Below are positions 20,957 through 33,784 of a stretch of 64,000 bases of DNA, one piece after another. The notes beneath the pieces are model-generated. The model saw only the letters and a list, made by a program, of their open reading frames with translations. It was not told where the DNA came from and searched no databases. The position numbers and the translations under genes are program-made. Within the stretch, counting starts at the first letter, position 1. Every line of letters starts with the position of its first letter. The stretch is from an uncultured Gemmatimonadales bacterium (GTDB lineage Bacteria; Gemmatimonadota; Gemmatimonadetes; Gemmatimonadales; GWC2-71-9). The DNA lies in assembly GCA_963844035.1 (NCBI GenBank), contig CAWJMT010000003.1, positions 288,001 through 352,000 on the forward strand. Direction: 5' to 3'.

Positions 20957-20993
20957 TTGCCGTGGTTTGACGCGGGGCTATAGTACAGCCCCG
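20957..20993 (+). promoter_or_regulatory. Putative sigma70 promoter TTGCCG-16-TATAGT overlapped by inverted repeat CGGGGCT-N7-AGCCCCG
   Basis: -35 at 20957-20962, -10 at 20979-20984, inverted-repeat arms at 20973-20979 and 20987-20993, directly before ATG 20994. Confidence 0.5.
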
Positions 20994-22220
20994 ATGCGTA
21001 TCCTGCACGTCCTCACCGCCTTCCCGCGCTCCACGGACGACGTCATCGTACCCTGGCTGGTCGAGCTGCTGAAACACCTGCGCGCGGCGGGGCACGAGGT
21101 CGAAGTCCTGACCTCGGCATACAAGGGTGGCGGCAACCGCGAGTTCGCCGGAATCCCCGTGCACCGGTTCCGCTACTTTCCCGCGCGCTGGGAGGATTTG
21201 ACGCACGAAGAAGCGGCGCCCGACCGCATGCGACACTCCTGGCGCTACCGCATCATGCCGGTGTTCTACGTGGCGTGTGGCGCGTGGGCCGCGTGGCGGC
21301 TGGGGCGGCGGCAACGCTTCGACGTCGTGCACGTGCACTGGCCAGTGCCCCATGCGCTGTTCGGCTGGCTGATCCGGCGCGCCTGCGGCGCACGGCTGCT
21401 GTCGTCGTGGTACGGCGCCGAGCTGCGGTTGGTGAAAGGCTCCCTGCCCTGGCTGCGGCCGTTCGTCCGGTGGGCGCTCGAGACCTCCGACCAGGTGGTG
21501 GCGATCTCGTCTCACACGGCTCGCGAGATCGCAGCGGTCTCCGACGTCCAGCCGCGCATCATCCCCTACACGATCGGGTTCACCGCGGCGGGCGGGGCCG
21601 CGCCCCGGACCGCGCCGCGCGACGGGTTCGGCGTGCTGTTCGTCGGGCGGCTGGTCGAGCGCAAAGGGGTGCGCTATCTGATCGAGGCGGTGCAGCGGCT
21701 GTCTCCCGACCGGCGCGCGCGGCTGGTGATCATCGGTGACGGACCGGAGCGGCAGCGGCTGGAAGAACAGGCGCGGCGCAGCGGCCATGAGGGCCAGGTC
21801 GAGGTGCGGGGTCGCGTGTCCGACCGCGAGCTGCGCCAGGCGTATGCCGACGCGAGCGTGCTTCGTGTTGCCCGCGATCGTGGACACGCGGGGAGACACG
21901 GAAGGCCTGGGCGTCGTCTTGCTCGAAGCGATGAGCTATCGGGTCCCGGTGGTCGCGAGCGACCTGGGCGGGATCACGGACATCGTTACGCGCGGAGGAG
22001 ACGGGGCTCCTCGTGCCGCCGGCCGACGCCGCCGCCCTGGCGGCGGCGCTCGAGCGGCTGGCGGGGGATGCCGCGCTGGCCGACACGGCTCGGCGAAGCC
22101 GGGTACCGCGTCGTGCAGGAGCGCTTCAGCTGGCCGGCGATTCTTGCGCAGTGGGAGGCGTGCTATGCGGCGACGCTCCGGGCCCCGCGCTCCCTCAGCG
22201 GCGCTGCAGCAGAAAAATGA
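20994..22220 (+). CDS. GT4-family glycosyltransferase (frameshifts ~21865-22085)
   Basis: MRILHVLTAFP, DVVHVHW, LFVGRLVERKGV, IIGDGPER, EGLGVVLLEAMS, FSW. Confidence 0.92.
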   Translation: MRILHVLTAFPRSTDDVIVPWLVELLKHLRAAGHEVEVLTSAYKGGGNREFAGIPVHRFRYFPARWEDLTHEEAAPDRMRHSWRYRIMPVFYVACGAWAAWRLGRRQRFDVVHVHWPVPHALFGWLIRRACGARLLSSWYGAELRLVKGSLPWLRPFVRWALETSDQVVAISSHTAREIAAVSDVQPRIIPYTIGFTAAGGAAPRTAPRDGFGVLFVGRLVERKGVRYLIEAVQRLSPDRRARLVIIGDGPERQRLEEQARRSGHEGQVEVRGRVSDRELRQAYADASVLRVARDRGHAGRHGRPGRRLARSDELSGPGGRERPGRDHGHRYARRRRGSSCRRPTPPPWRRRSSGWRGMPRWPTRLGEAGYRVVQERFSWPAILAQWEACYAATLRAPRSLSGAAAEK

Positions 22221-22896
22221 ACTGGTACTCCCAGGCGAGCGGGAGCAGCCTCCACGCCATCTCGAGCAGCCAGCCTTTGGCGGCGTAGGGGGGGGAGCGG
22301 CGGCGAGGATTGGAGCGCCACTTGACCGCATGCCAGCGATCGGGGACCACGCGCTGCACGCGCAGGCCGTGATCTTCGAAGGTGCGGGTCCACTCCTCGA
22401 GCGAGAGCAGGCGTTCGTTGATGTCCTGCTGCGCAGTGCCCTGCTGACCCATCAGCTTCCACCCGGCGAAATTCCGGTTGGGCACCATGATGCAGAAGTG
22501 CGCGTCCGCCTTGGCGACCCGCAACATCTCGCGCAGTCCCCGGCCGACGTCGAGAAAGTGCTCGAGCGAGCCGAGGCAGGTCACGAAGTCGCAGCTCGCA
22601 TCGCGGACGCAGAGGTCTTCCCCTGCACAGACGGCGACGGGAATCGCGGGTGATACCTGGTGCACGAGCCGCACCGCTGCATCCGAGAGATCCACGCCGT
22701 AGGCGGTGAGCCCGCGCTCGCGGGCGGCCCGGAGCAGAAATCCGGAGCCGCAGCTCACGTCGAGCAACGTCGCGCCGGGGCGGGCATCCAGCAGATCGAG
22801 CACCGGCGGATAGGCCTCGAATGGACGCATGCTGTCGAGGCCGAGCGACGCGTAGCGCCGGTTGTACCAGGAGCGAACTTCCTGTGCGCTGGGCAT
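22195..22896 (-). CDS. Class I SAM-dependent methyltransferase
   Basis: LLDVSCGSGF, YGVDLS, CDFVTCLGSLEHF, REMLRVAK. Confidence 0.9.
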   Translation of the reverse strand: MPSAQEVRSWYNRRYASLGLDSMRPFEAYPPVLDLLDARPGATLLDVSCGSGFLLRAARERGLTAYGVDLSDAAVRLVHQVSPAIPVAVCAGEDLCVRDASCDFVTCLGSLEHFLDVGRGLREMLRVAKADAHFCIMVPNRNFAGWKLMGQQGTAQQDINERLLSLEEWTRTFEDHGLRVQRVVPDRWHAVKWRSNPRRRSPPYAAKGWLLEMAWRLLPLAWEYQFIFLLQRR

Positions 22897-23846
22897 CAGC
22901 GCTTGTCGCGCAGCTGCTCCACCTCGCGCCGCAACGCCCGCAGCTCCTCGAGCGCACCCGCCACCATCTCGCCCACGAATCCAAAGCCAAACAGGATCAG
23001 GCCCGCCAGGACCAGCAGCATGATGAGGTTCAGGATCGGGCGGAACCCCACCCCGTAGACGTAGCGCTCCACCAGTGCGTAGACGCCGATCAGGAAGCCC
23101 AGCAAACACAGCAGGGCCCCGGACACGCCGAAGAACAGCATCGGCTTGCGGCCGAACCGCAGCTGGAACCACACCGAAAGCAGGTCGAGGACGCCGATCG
23201 GAATGCGCCCGATCCCGAATTTCGATTTGCCGGCGCGCCGTGGGTGCAGTGGGATCGGCCGTTCCGCGAGGCGGAACCCTTGCGTCGCGGCGATCACGAC
23301 CATGAAGCGGTGCCAGTCGGGCCGGCTGGGGATCCCGTCCATCACCTCACGGCGGAACGCCTTGACCGAGTTCAGGTCGGTGACGCGTACACCGAAGAGC
23401 CAGCGGCACAGGCCATTGTAGACCCAGGAGACGAACCGCTTGTCGTAGTGACCCTGTTTGGCGCCGGTAACCACGTCCGCCTCGCCCGCCAGGATGGGTG
23501 CCAGGAGGCCCGGGATGTCGGACGGCGCGTACTGCAGGTCCGCGGGATAGAACACCAGCACTCTGCCCCGCGCGGTTTCGGCGGCCGACTTGAGGGAGTC
23601 GGCGATCCCGCGCCGGCTGCGGTGCGTCACGACCTTCAGGAACGGGTTCGCCGCGGCGAGCTCGTGCAGCACGGCCGCCGAGCCGTCCTCACTGCCGTCG
23701 TTCACCACGACCAGCTCGCCGGCATACGGGAGGGTCGACAGGGCCTCCCGGGTTTGCCGCACGAACTCGGGGAGGTTGTCGGCTTCATCGTTGGCCGGGG
23801 CGAGAATGCTGACGTCGGGGATGACGACCGGGGTGGCGAGGCTCAT
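22896..23846 (-). CDS. GT2 polyprenyl-phosphate glycosyltransferase (ArnC/GtrB-like) with two C-terminal TMs
   Basis: SILAPANDEADN, VVNDGSEDGS, ADLQY, DWHRF, RRAGKSKFG, RKPMLFFG. Confidence 0.88.
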   Translation of the reverse strand: MSLATPVVIPDVSILAPANDEADNLPEFVRQTREALSTLPYAGELVVVNDGSEDGSAAVLHELAAANPFLKVVTHRSRRGIADSLKSAAETARGRVLVFYPADLQYAPSDIPGLLAPILAGEADVVTGAKQGHYDKRFVSWVYNGLCRWLFGVRVTDLNSVKAFRREVMDGIPSRPDWHRFMVVIAATQGFRLAERPIPLHPRRAGKSKFGIGRIPIGVLDLLSVWFQLRFGRKPMLFFGVSGALLCLLGFLIGVYALVERYVYGVGFRPILNLIMLLVLAGLILFGFGFVGEMVAGALEELRALRREVEQLRDKR

Positions 23847-25304
23847 ATCCGCTTCCGCATGCGGGCCGGCAGGATCCCGAGCTGGTCGCGGTACTTGGCC
23901 ACTGTACGCCGGGCGATCTTCACGCCCTTCTGATCGAACAACTCGACGATCTGCTGGTCGGTGAGCGGGCTCTTGGTGTTCTCGTCCCCGACGAGCTTCT
24001 CGATCTGCGCCTTGATCGACCGGGCGCTGGCATCCTCTCCCGTCGTGGTCGTCAGGCCGCTCGAGAAGAAGAACTTGAGCGGCAGCAGGCCGCGGGGCGT
24101 CTGCACGTATTTCTCGTTGGTCACCCGGCTGACGGTGCTCTCGTGCATGTTGATGACGTCGGCCACCTCGCGGAGCGTGAGCGGCTTCAGGAACTCGACG
24201 CCCTTCTCGAAGAACTCCCGTTGCCGGTCGACGATGAAGTTCATCACCTTGAGCATCGTCTGGCGGCGCTGCTCGATCGCCTGGATCATCCAGTGCGCGC
24301 TGTTCATCCGCTGGTTGATGAACTCCTTGTTCTCGCCCTGAAACTGCTTCTTGTCGCGGGCGATCTCCTGGTAGACCTTGGAGATGCGCAGCCGCGGCAG
24401 GCCGGTGTCGTTCAGGAACACGTGGTACTGGCCGTCGATCTTGTCGACGACCAGGTCGGGGATGATGTAGTGGTCGGTGGCCGCGGCGTGCTGCAGGCCG
24501 GGCTTGGGATCGAGCTTCGCGAGGTCATCGGCCGCGGCCTGGACCTCCGTGGGGGAGAGCCCGAAGCGCTTGGCCAGGTCGCTCCAGCGGTGGGCGATGA
24601 GGTCGTCGAACGCTTCCTTCACCAGACCGGTAGGTCAGCGTCTCGGTGAGCTTGGCGTCCTCGAGCTGGAGCAGCAGGCATTCGCGCAGATCCCGCGCGC
24701 CCACGCCCGGCGGATCGAGCTGCTGAATCACCCGCAGCATCTCCTCGGCCTCGGTGAGCGTGTACGGCTGCACCTCGACGTCGATCTCCGACTCGACGGC
24801 GAACTCCTCGAGCAGCTGGTTGGCGCCGCGCACGATGTCCTCGAGGCCCGCGCCCAGGTAGCCGTCCTCCGCGATGTTCCCGAGGAACTCGTCCGCCAGC
24901 AGGCGTTGGCGCGGGTTCAGGTCCAGCATCTGGACCTGATCCTTCAGGTAGTCGGAGAGATCCTTGGCCTCGACCGGCACCGGATCGACGTATTCCCGCG
25001 CCTCGCTGAAGTCGCGCGGCGCTCCGTCGGCGCCGTTGTCGAGCAGCAGCTTTTCCCAGTCCGGCTCATCGTCGCCCGCGGTCTCGGCCTTCTCCTTTTC
25101 GGCCTTCGCCTCGTCGACCAGCGGGACCTCGGTCTCCTCCTCCGGCTCGACCATTTCGAGGAACGGGTTCCCCAGCAGCTCCTGCTTGAGGTGCTGCTGC
25201 AGGTCGAGCAGCGGCATGTACAGCAGGTCCATCGCCTGATACAGGCGTGGATTGATCCGCAGCTCCTGGCGGAGCGCCGCGTGCTGATGCAGGCCGGTTT
25301 TCAT
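23843..25304 (-). CDS. rpoN: RNA polymerase sigma-54 factor (frameshift ~24630)
   Basis: Gln/Leu-rich region [29 protein letters not shown], RpoN box ARRTVAKYR. Confidence 0.97.
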
Positions 25305-26505
25305 GCGGCGGGCGTGAGTCGCGCGCGCAGGCGCGCCGTGAGGGTGGGGCCGAAGTACAGGTTCGCCACCTGGTTGTCGAACACCAGCTCGCTGCACCGT
25401 GCCGGCGACCTGCACCTTGCCTTCGAACATGATGTACGCGCGATCCACGATGTCCAGCGTTTGCTCGACGTTGTGGTCGGTGATCAGCACGCCGATGCCG
25501 CGGTGGCGCAGCCCGGCGACGATGGTCTGAATGTCGTGCACGGCGATCGGGTCCACGCCGGCGAACGGCTCGTCCAGCAGCATGAATTTCGGCTGGGTGA
25601 CGAGGGCGCGGGTGATTTCGAGCCGGCGCCGCTCACCGCCCGAGAGCTGGTAGGCCTTCTGGCGTCGCAGGTGCGTGATGGTCAGCTCCTCGAGCACGCC
25701 CTCGAGCCGGGCGGTCCGCTCGGCGTCGCTCAAGGGCAGCATCTCGAGGATCGCCAGGACGTTCTCTTCGACGGTCAGCTTGCGGAACACCGACGGCTCC
25801 TGCGCCAGGTAACCGAGGCCGCGCCGTGCGCGCAGGTACATGGGCTCGTGCGTGATGTCCTGGCCGTCCAGGGTGATCTGCCCCTGATCGGCCCGGATCA
25901 GGCCCGTCATCATGTAGAACGTGGTGGTCTTCCCCGCCCCGTTCGGGACCGAGCAGCCCGACGATCTCGCCTTGCTCGAGGTGGATGTTGACGTCGTTGA
26001 CCACCTGGCGGCTCTTGTAGGCCTTCCGGAGGTGCTGCGCGTCGAGCACGCTGGCGCTGCCGCCGACGCGTGCATGGGCGGCGCTGGCCGACTCATCGCG
26101 CACCAGGGCGCGTTTGGCGGCGTCGCGGAACAGCCGGATCAGCTCGTGGCGGTCGTCGGGGATATCGAACCACACGTCCAGCGAGAACGCGACGGGCGCC
26201 TCGCTCCAGAGTCCGCCGACGGGCAGGGTCACGATGTCGAGCTGCGCCAGCCGCGGGAGCACGGAGTTGCCGAGATGGGTGCGCACGTCGTCGCCGGAGA
26301 GCTGCGCGGGGTCCGGGGACCGCGCCCCCATGGTTTCCTGCTGCAGGGTCAGGTAGTCCTCGCGGTAGGCGATCGCCAGCTCCGCGAACGAGGTGCGGCC
26401 GAGCGAGTCCGCGATGCGCGCCAGCGCGGCGACCCCGAGCGTGAGCGACGAGCTGCCCACGGCGAGCAGCTCTGCCAGGCGGGGCGTGAGTGGCCGGGCG
26501 GTCAC
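25301..26505 (-). CDS. lptB: LPS export ATPase LptB with ~150-aa N-terminal extension (frameshifts ~25950, ~25395)
   Basis: [62 protein letters not shown]; located between lptA-like gene and rpoN. Confidence 0.93.
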
Positions 26506-27869
26506 CGGGTGCCTTTCGGTTTTGTGGCGGGGGCTTTCCCGCCCTTGACGCTGTCACTCGCGGTGCTGTCGGGCGGCGGCGCCGGCGGGATGGGTTCGAG
26601 CTGCACCCCGTCCGCCTGCCCCGTCACCATCACCCGGTCGATCTTGTCCCCCTTCATCGCGACGTCGATCACGGCACCGCGCGAGTAGTTGAGCGAGGGT
26701 GGGGCCGTGGAGTCGCGCTGATTGTGCAGGTGCGTGAAGGCGCGCGCGGAGCCGCGGGCCACCAGGCGGTCGAGGGCCCGCGTCGGACTTGCCCGGCGCG
26801 GCGGTCCCTTGAGTCCAGTGTCCGGTGATCGTGTCGCCGGCGATCCAGTTTTCCTCCGCCGCTCTCGGTCGTGTCCCGCCTGGAGGTCGAGCGTGCGTCG
26901 CGGTAGGCGCGGGCCGCGGTGAGCACCTCGTTGGGGGCGTCGAGCGCGAGCGAGTCCGCCTCAATGGCATGCTGGCTCGACATCGCCTCCGGACGGGACG
27001 AGTCGCCCCAGGCGAACACCTGCTGCAGCTTGCGATTCCCCATCACGAAATGGATGGTGTCCGCGGTGAGCTGCCAATCCGCACCGATCGCCCTCCCCGA
27101 ACCGAGCGCCTTGATGACGCGCACCTCTCGCTGCTGCATCGCGAACTCGATGCGTTTGCCGAGCAGGCGATAGCTGCGAACGCCCTGGCCCCGGACCTGG
27201 GGCTTGCCGATCAACACGGCGATCCCCGCGGTCTCGTTGCGCATCATGGAGTCGGCGCGGGCCGCAAGATCGCTGCGGTCGATCGTGACGTTGCCTCCCG
27301 CCCACATGCGGTCGTTGCCCTTCATCCGCACGCGGTCTCCGACGATGATATAGGGCTCGCTCGAGTCGCCGCTGGGCCGGTAGGTGATGGTGGGGCGCGT
27401 GGTGGCGTACATCTCGGAGGTGTCCCGGATGCCGTGGGCGACCCGGTAGTAGGTCAGGTTGGGGCCGCGGAGCACGGAGCCGCTGGGAAGCGTTGTCGCG
27501 ACGACGTCCTTGTGCGCCTCGAGCCGCTCCTGGCGGACAAAGTACGACGCCGACATCGCGTCGATGGAGAAGGCCGCGTCGCGGATCTCGACCTGACCCA
27601 TCAGGTCGAGGCGCCCCACGCCTGCGAACCAGGCGATGCTGTCCGACGCGAGCGTGCTGGTCGTTCCCTGGCAGTGGGCACGAACGCCGCCGCCCGCGAA
27701 CAGGTTGGTCTCCCCCTTGCGCACTTCGACCTGCCGCCCGGAATGCCCGACCGTATCGATCACGACGTGGCAGGGGCGACCCGCTCCCGTGTCACGGGGC
27801 GGCGGCGGCGCGCGACGGCTTGGCGGCCGGGTGTTGGATCAGGGTGAGGGCGAGCATGGCCAGGATCAT
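26502..27869 (-). CDS. OstA/LptA-like beta-jellyroll periplasmic protein (long form; several frameshifts)
   Basis: Signal peptide, repeated beta strands (ASDS, ARADS, LTADTIHF, IEADSL, WIAGDTI, NYSRGAVI); located between lptC and lptB. Confidence 0.78.
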
Positions 27870-28405
27870 TGGTCCGGAAGCGAAAACTGGCCGCCCGTCC
27901 CGGTGGGATGCCGGGCCACGACGTCCTTGAACTCCGGGTCGGAGACGAACCCCTCACCCTCGACGTGGCGGTCGGGGGCGTCGAACACGAAGGGGACGTC
28001 GGATGTGACTTCGTTTTTGGTTTCGCTGTAGTGCAGCGTCGCAGTCTTCAGGGTGCGGCCGTCGGTCGTGACGACGGAGACATTGCCGTGCGCTTCCATA
28101 TCCCCGTTGCGCCAGTTGTACGTTCCCTCGCGCGACGTCAGGGTGGATGACTCCCCGCCATCGAGCTTATAGAACGTGATGTGCACGTTGCGCAGCATGG
28201 CGGTTTGCGTCGGTGAGTAGAAATAGGCGGTGTCGGCGCGTACCCGCGCCCGCTGCACACCCGCTGCCGTGACGTAATGCGACATGCCGATCAGCACCTG
28301 ATCCGCGGTATCGGCCAGCGTCGCGGTCGCCGTCGAGCGGCCTCCATCCCGGCAGGCGAGCACGGCTGCCGCGATCCCCAGCGGCACGAGCAGGCGCCCG
28401 ATCAC
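27866..28405 (-). CDS. lptC: LPS export periplasmic protein LptC
   Basis: Lipobox VLAC, ARVRADTA, LTSREG, GNVSV, LKTATLHY, EGEGF; canonical kdsD-lptC-lptA-lptB-rpoN order. Confidence 0.85.
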   Translation of the reverse strand: MIGRLLVPLGIAAAVLACRDGGRSTATATLADTADQVLIGMSHYVTAAGVQRARVRADTAYFYSPTQTAMLRNVHITFYKLDGGESSTLTSREGTYNWRNGDMEAHGNVSVVTTDGRTLKTATLHYSETKNEVTSDVPFVFDAPDRHVEGEGFVSDPEFKDVVARHPTGTGGQFSLPDQ

Positions 28406-29376
28406 GCGGCGCCCGCCTTCATGAGGTCGTGCAGATGCGCCATCCCCACGACGCGCTCCCCGCCGTCCAGCACCGGGAGCGCCATGATCCCGTGCTGCTC
28501 CATCACGCCGATTGCGGTTCCCGCGAGCGTGTCGGGCGTGGTGGTCTTGGGCGCGCGGCTCATGACGTCGGCCACGGGGGTGTCGAGGAAGCGATCGGTG
28601 CGCTCCATCAGCCGGGTCAGGTCACCCGCCGTCACGACGCCCACCAGGGCGCCCTGGTCATCGACGATGGCCACCGTGCCGCGCCGCTTCGCCAGCAGGA
28701 CGACGCACTCCCGCATCGGGCGATCGGTGCGCAGCGTGGGCAGGTCGCGTGTGACCATCACGTCGCCTACGCGGACGAGCAGCTTCCGTCCCAGCGAGCC
28801 GCCCGGGTGGAGCGCGGCAAAGTCATCGCGACGGAATCCCTTGTGCTCGAGCAGCGCGACGGCCAGCGCGTCGCCCAGGGCGAGCGCCGCCGTGGTGCTG
28901 GCGGTGGGGGCCAGCGTCTCCGGGCAGGCTTCTTCGGTGACGGCCGCATCGAGCACCACATCGGCCTGGCGTGCGAGCACCGAGTCCGGCTCGCCGGTAA
29001 TGGCGACGATCGGGACACCGAATCGCTTCAGCTGCTCGATCAGGCCGAACAGCTCGTCCGAGGCTCCGCTTTTCGAGAGCAGTACGGCCGCGTCCTCGCG
29101 CCCGACCACTCCCAGGTCGCCGTGCAGGCTATCGACGGGATGGAGGAACGTCGCGGGCGTGCCGGTCGACGTGAACGTGGCGGCGATCTTGCGGGCGATC
29201 AGGCCGGACTTGCCGAGACCCGACACGATCACGCGTCCCTTGACCCCCGCCAGCAGGCGTAGCGCGGCGGCAAAGCTCGGCCCGAGCCGCTCGGCGACCC
29301 GGCGGATCGCTGCAGCTTCGAGCAGCAGCACCCGCCGCCCACGCTCAACGGGATCCGCGGCTTCGGCCGGTGCCAC
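28402..29376 (-). CDS. kdsD: Arabinose-5-phosphate isomerase (KpsF/GutQ, SIS + CBS)
   Basis: SGLGKSGLIARKIAAT, FLHPVDSLHGDLG, APTASTT, HPGGSLG, CBS pair. Confidence 0.95.
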   Translation of the reverse strand: MAPAEAADPVERGRRVLLLEAAAIRRVAERLGPSFAAALRLLAGVKGRVIVSGLGKSGLIARKIAATFTSTGTPATFLHPVDSLHGDLGVVGREDAAVLLSKSGASDELFGLIEQLKRFGVPIVAITGEPDSVLARQADVVLDAAVTEEACPETLAPTASTTAALALGDALAVALLEHKGFRRDDFAALHPGGSLGRKLLVRVGDVMVTRDLPTLRTDRPMRECVVLLAKRRGTVAIVDDQGALVGVVTAGDLTRLMERTDRFLDTPVADVMSRAPKTTTPDTLAGTAIGVMEQHGIMALPVLDGGERVVGMAHLHDLMKAGAA

Positions 29377-29923
29377 GAGGAGTCTCGAAGTATTGGCGTC
29401 AGGAGCCCCGGCCACTCGCCGCGGGCCTTGAGCAGGCGTTCGGCCACTTCCCGGACGGCGCCCTGCCCGCCCGGGACCGTGGTCACGTACCGGGCGGCTG
29501 CCTTCACTTCACGGGTCGCGTTGGCCGTCGCGATCGGGAGGCCCACCGCCCGCAGCACCGGTATGTCCGCGAGGTCATCGCCGACGTAGGCGCACTCGTC
29601 GAGCGTCACGCCCCGGCGACTCCAGGACCTCAACCAGCGAGGCGAGCTTCTTCTGGGGTGCCACCTGCAACAGGTCATCGACCTCCATCTCCTTCGCGCG
29701 TGCCTCCGTTGCTTCGGACTCGCGGCCGCTGACGAGGACGACCGGGAGGCCCACGGTCCGCAGCAGCTTGACGCCGAGGCCGTCCAGGACGTGAAAGCGC
29801 TTGAACTCGAGCGGATGGTTGGCGACCAGGCCGATGTAGAGGCCGCCGTCGGTGAGCACGCCGTCCACGTCGAGGCCGATCAGCTTGATGCGCTTGGCGA
29901 GCGCGGCGGGGATGGTCCAGGAC

Positions 29924-29931
<8 letters not shown>
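29345..29931 (-). CDS. kdsC: KDO-8-phosphate phosphatase (HAD); frameshifts, end approximate
   Basis: [36 protein letters not shown]. Confidence 0.93.
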
Positions 29932-33156
<3,225 letters not shown>

Positions 33157-33211
33157 GTGGGAAGATACAAAAGTCGTGCCGTGGAGTCTAGAGAGTCACG
33201 CTTCGCCACCA

Positions 33212-33784
33212 CTAAAAAGTTTTGCAGCAAGCGCTTACCGTGCTCGGTTCCGATGGACTCCGGGTGGAACTGCACGCCCAAAGATCGGGTGGGTCCGGTG
33301 CCTCATGGCCATGATCTCGGCGCCCTTGGGTCGGTCGGCGCTCCACGCGGTGACCTGCAGCTCCTTGGGGAGCGACTTGTGGCTCGACGACGAGCGAGTG
33401 ATACCGCATGCCGGTCACCGGGCTCGGAATCCCTTCGAACAGCGACGTCCTGTGTCGTGCACCACGCCGCAGGTCTTGCCGTGCATCAGTCGGTCGGCCC
33501 GCACGACTTTGCCGCCGAACGCCTGGCCGATCGCCTGGTGGCCGAGACAGACGCCGAGGATCGGGAATCTTCCCTGCCAGCGCCGTCACCAGAGGAACCA
33601 GGATCCCGGCGTCGGACGGTGTGCAGGGACCGGGAGAGAGCACGGCGGCCTTGGGCTTCAGCGCCAGGACTTCGTCGACGGTGACCGCGTCATTGCGGTA
33701 CACGGCGGGCTCCGCACCCAGCTCGCCCAGATACTGGACGAGGTTGTAGGTGAAGGAGTCGTAGTTGTCGAGGACGAAGAGCAT
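33212..33784 (-). CDS. Anthranilate/aminodeoxychorismate synthase component II (TrpG/PabA GATase); frameshifts, 3' end uncertain
   Basis: [44 protein letters not shown]. Confidence 0.92.
   Translation of the reverse strand: MLFVLDNYDSFTYNLVQYLGELGAEPAVYRNDAVTVDEVLALKPKAAVLSPGPCTPSDAGILVPLVTALAGKIPDPRRLSRPPGDRPGVRRQSRAGRPTDARQDLRRGARHRTSLFEGIPSPVTGMRYHSLVVEPQVAPQGAAGHRVERRPTQGRRDHGHEAPDPPDLWACSSTRSPSEPSTVSACCKTF

Noticed and set aside
24525..26096. Apparent LptB-RpoN fusion ORF
   Set aside because: A frameshift near 25395 bypasses the lptB stop, which overlaps the rpoN ATG (ATGA at 25304-25301)
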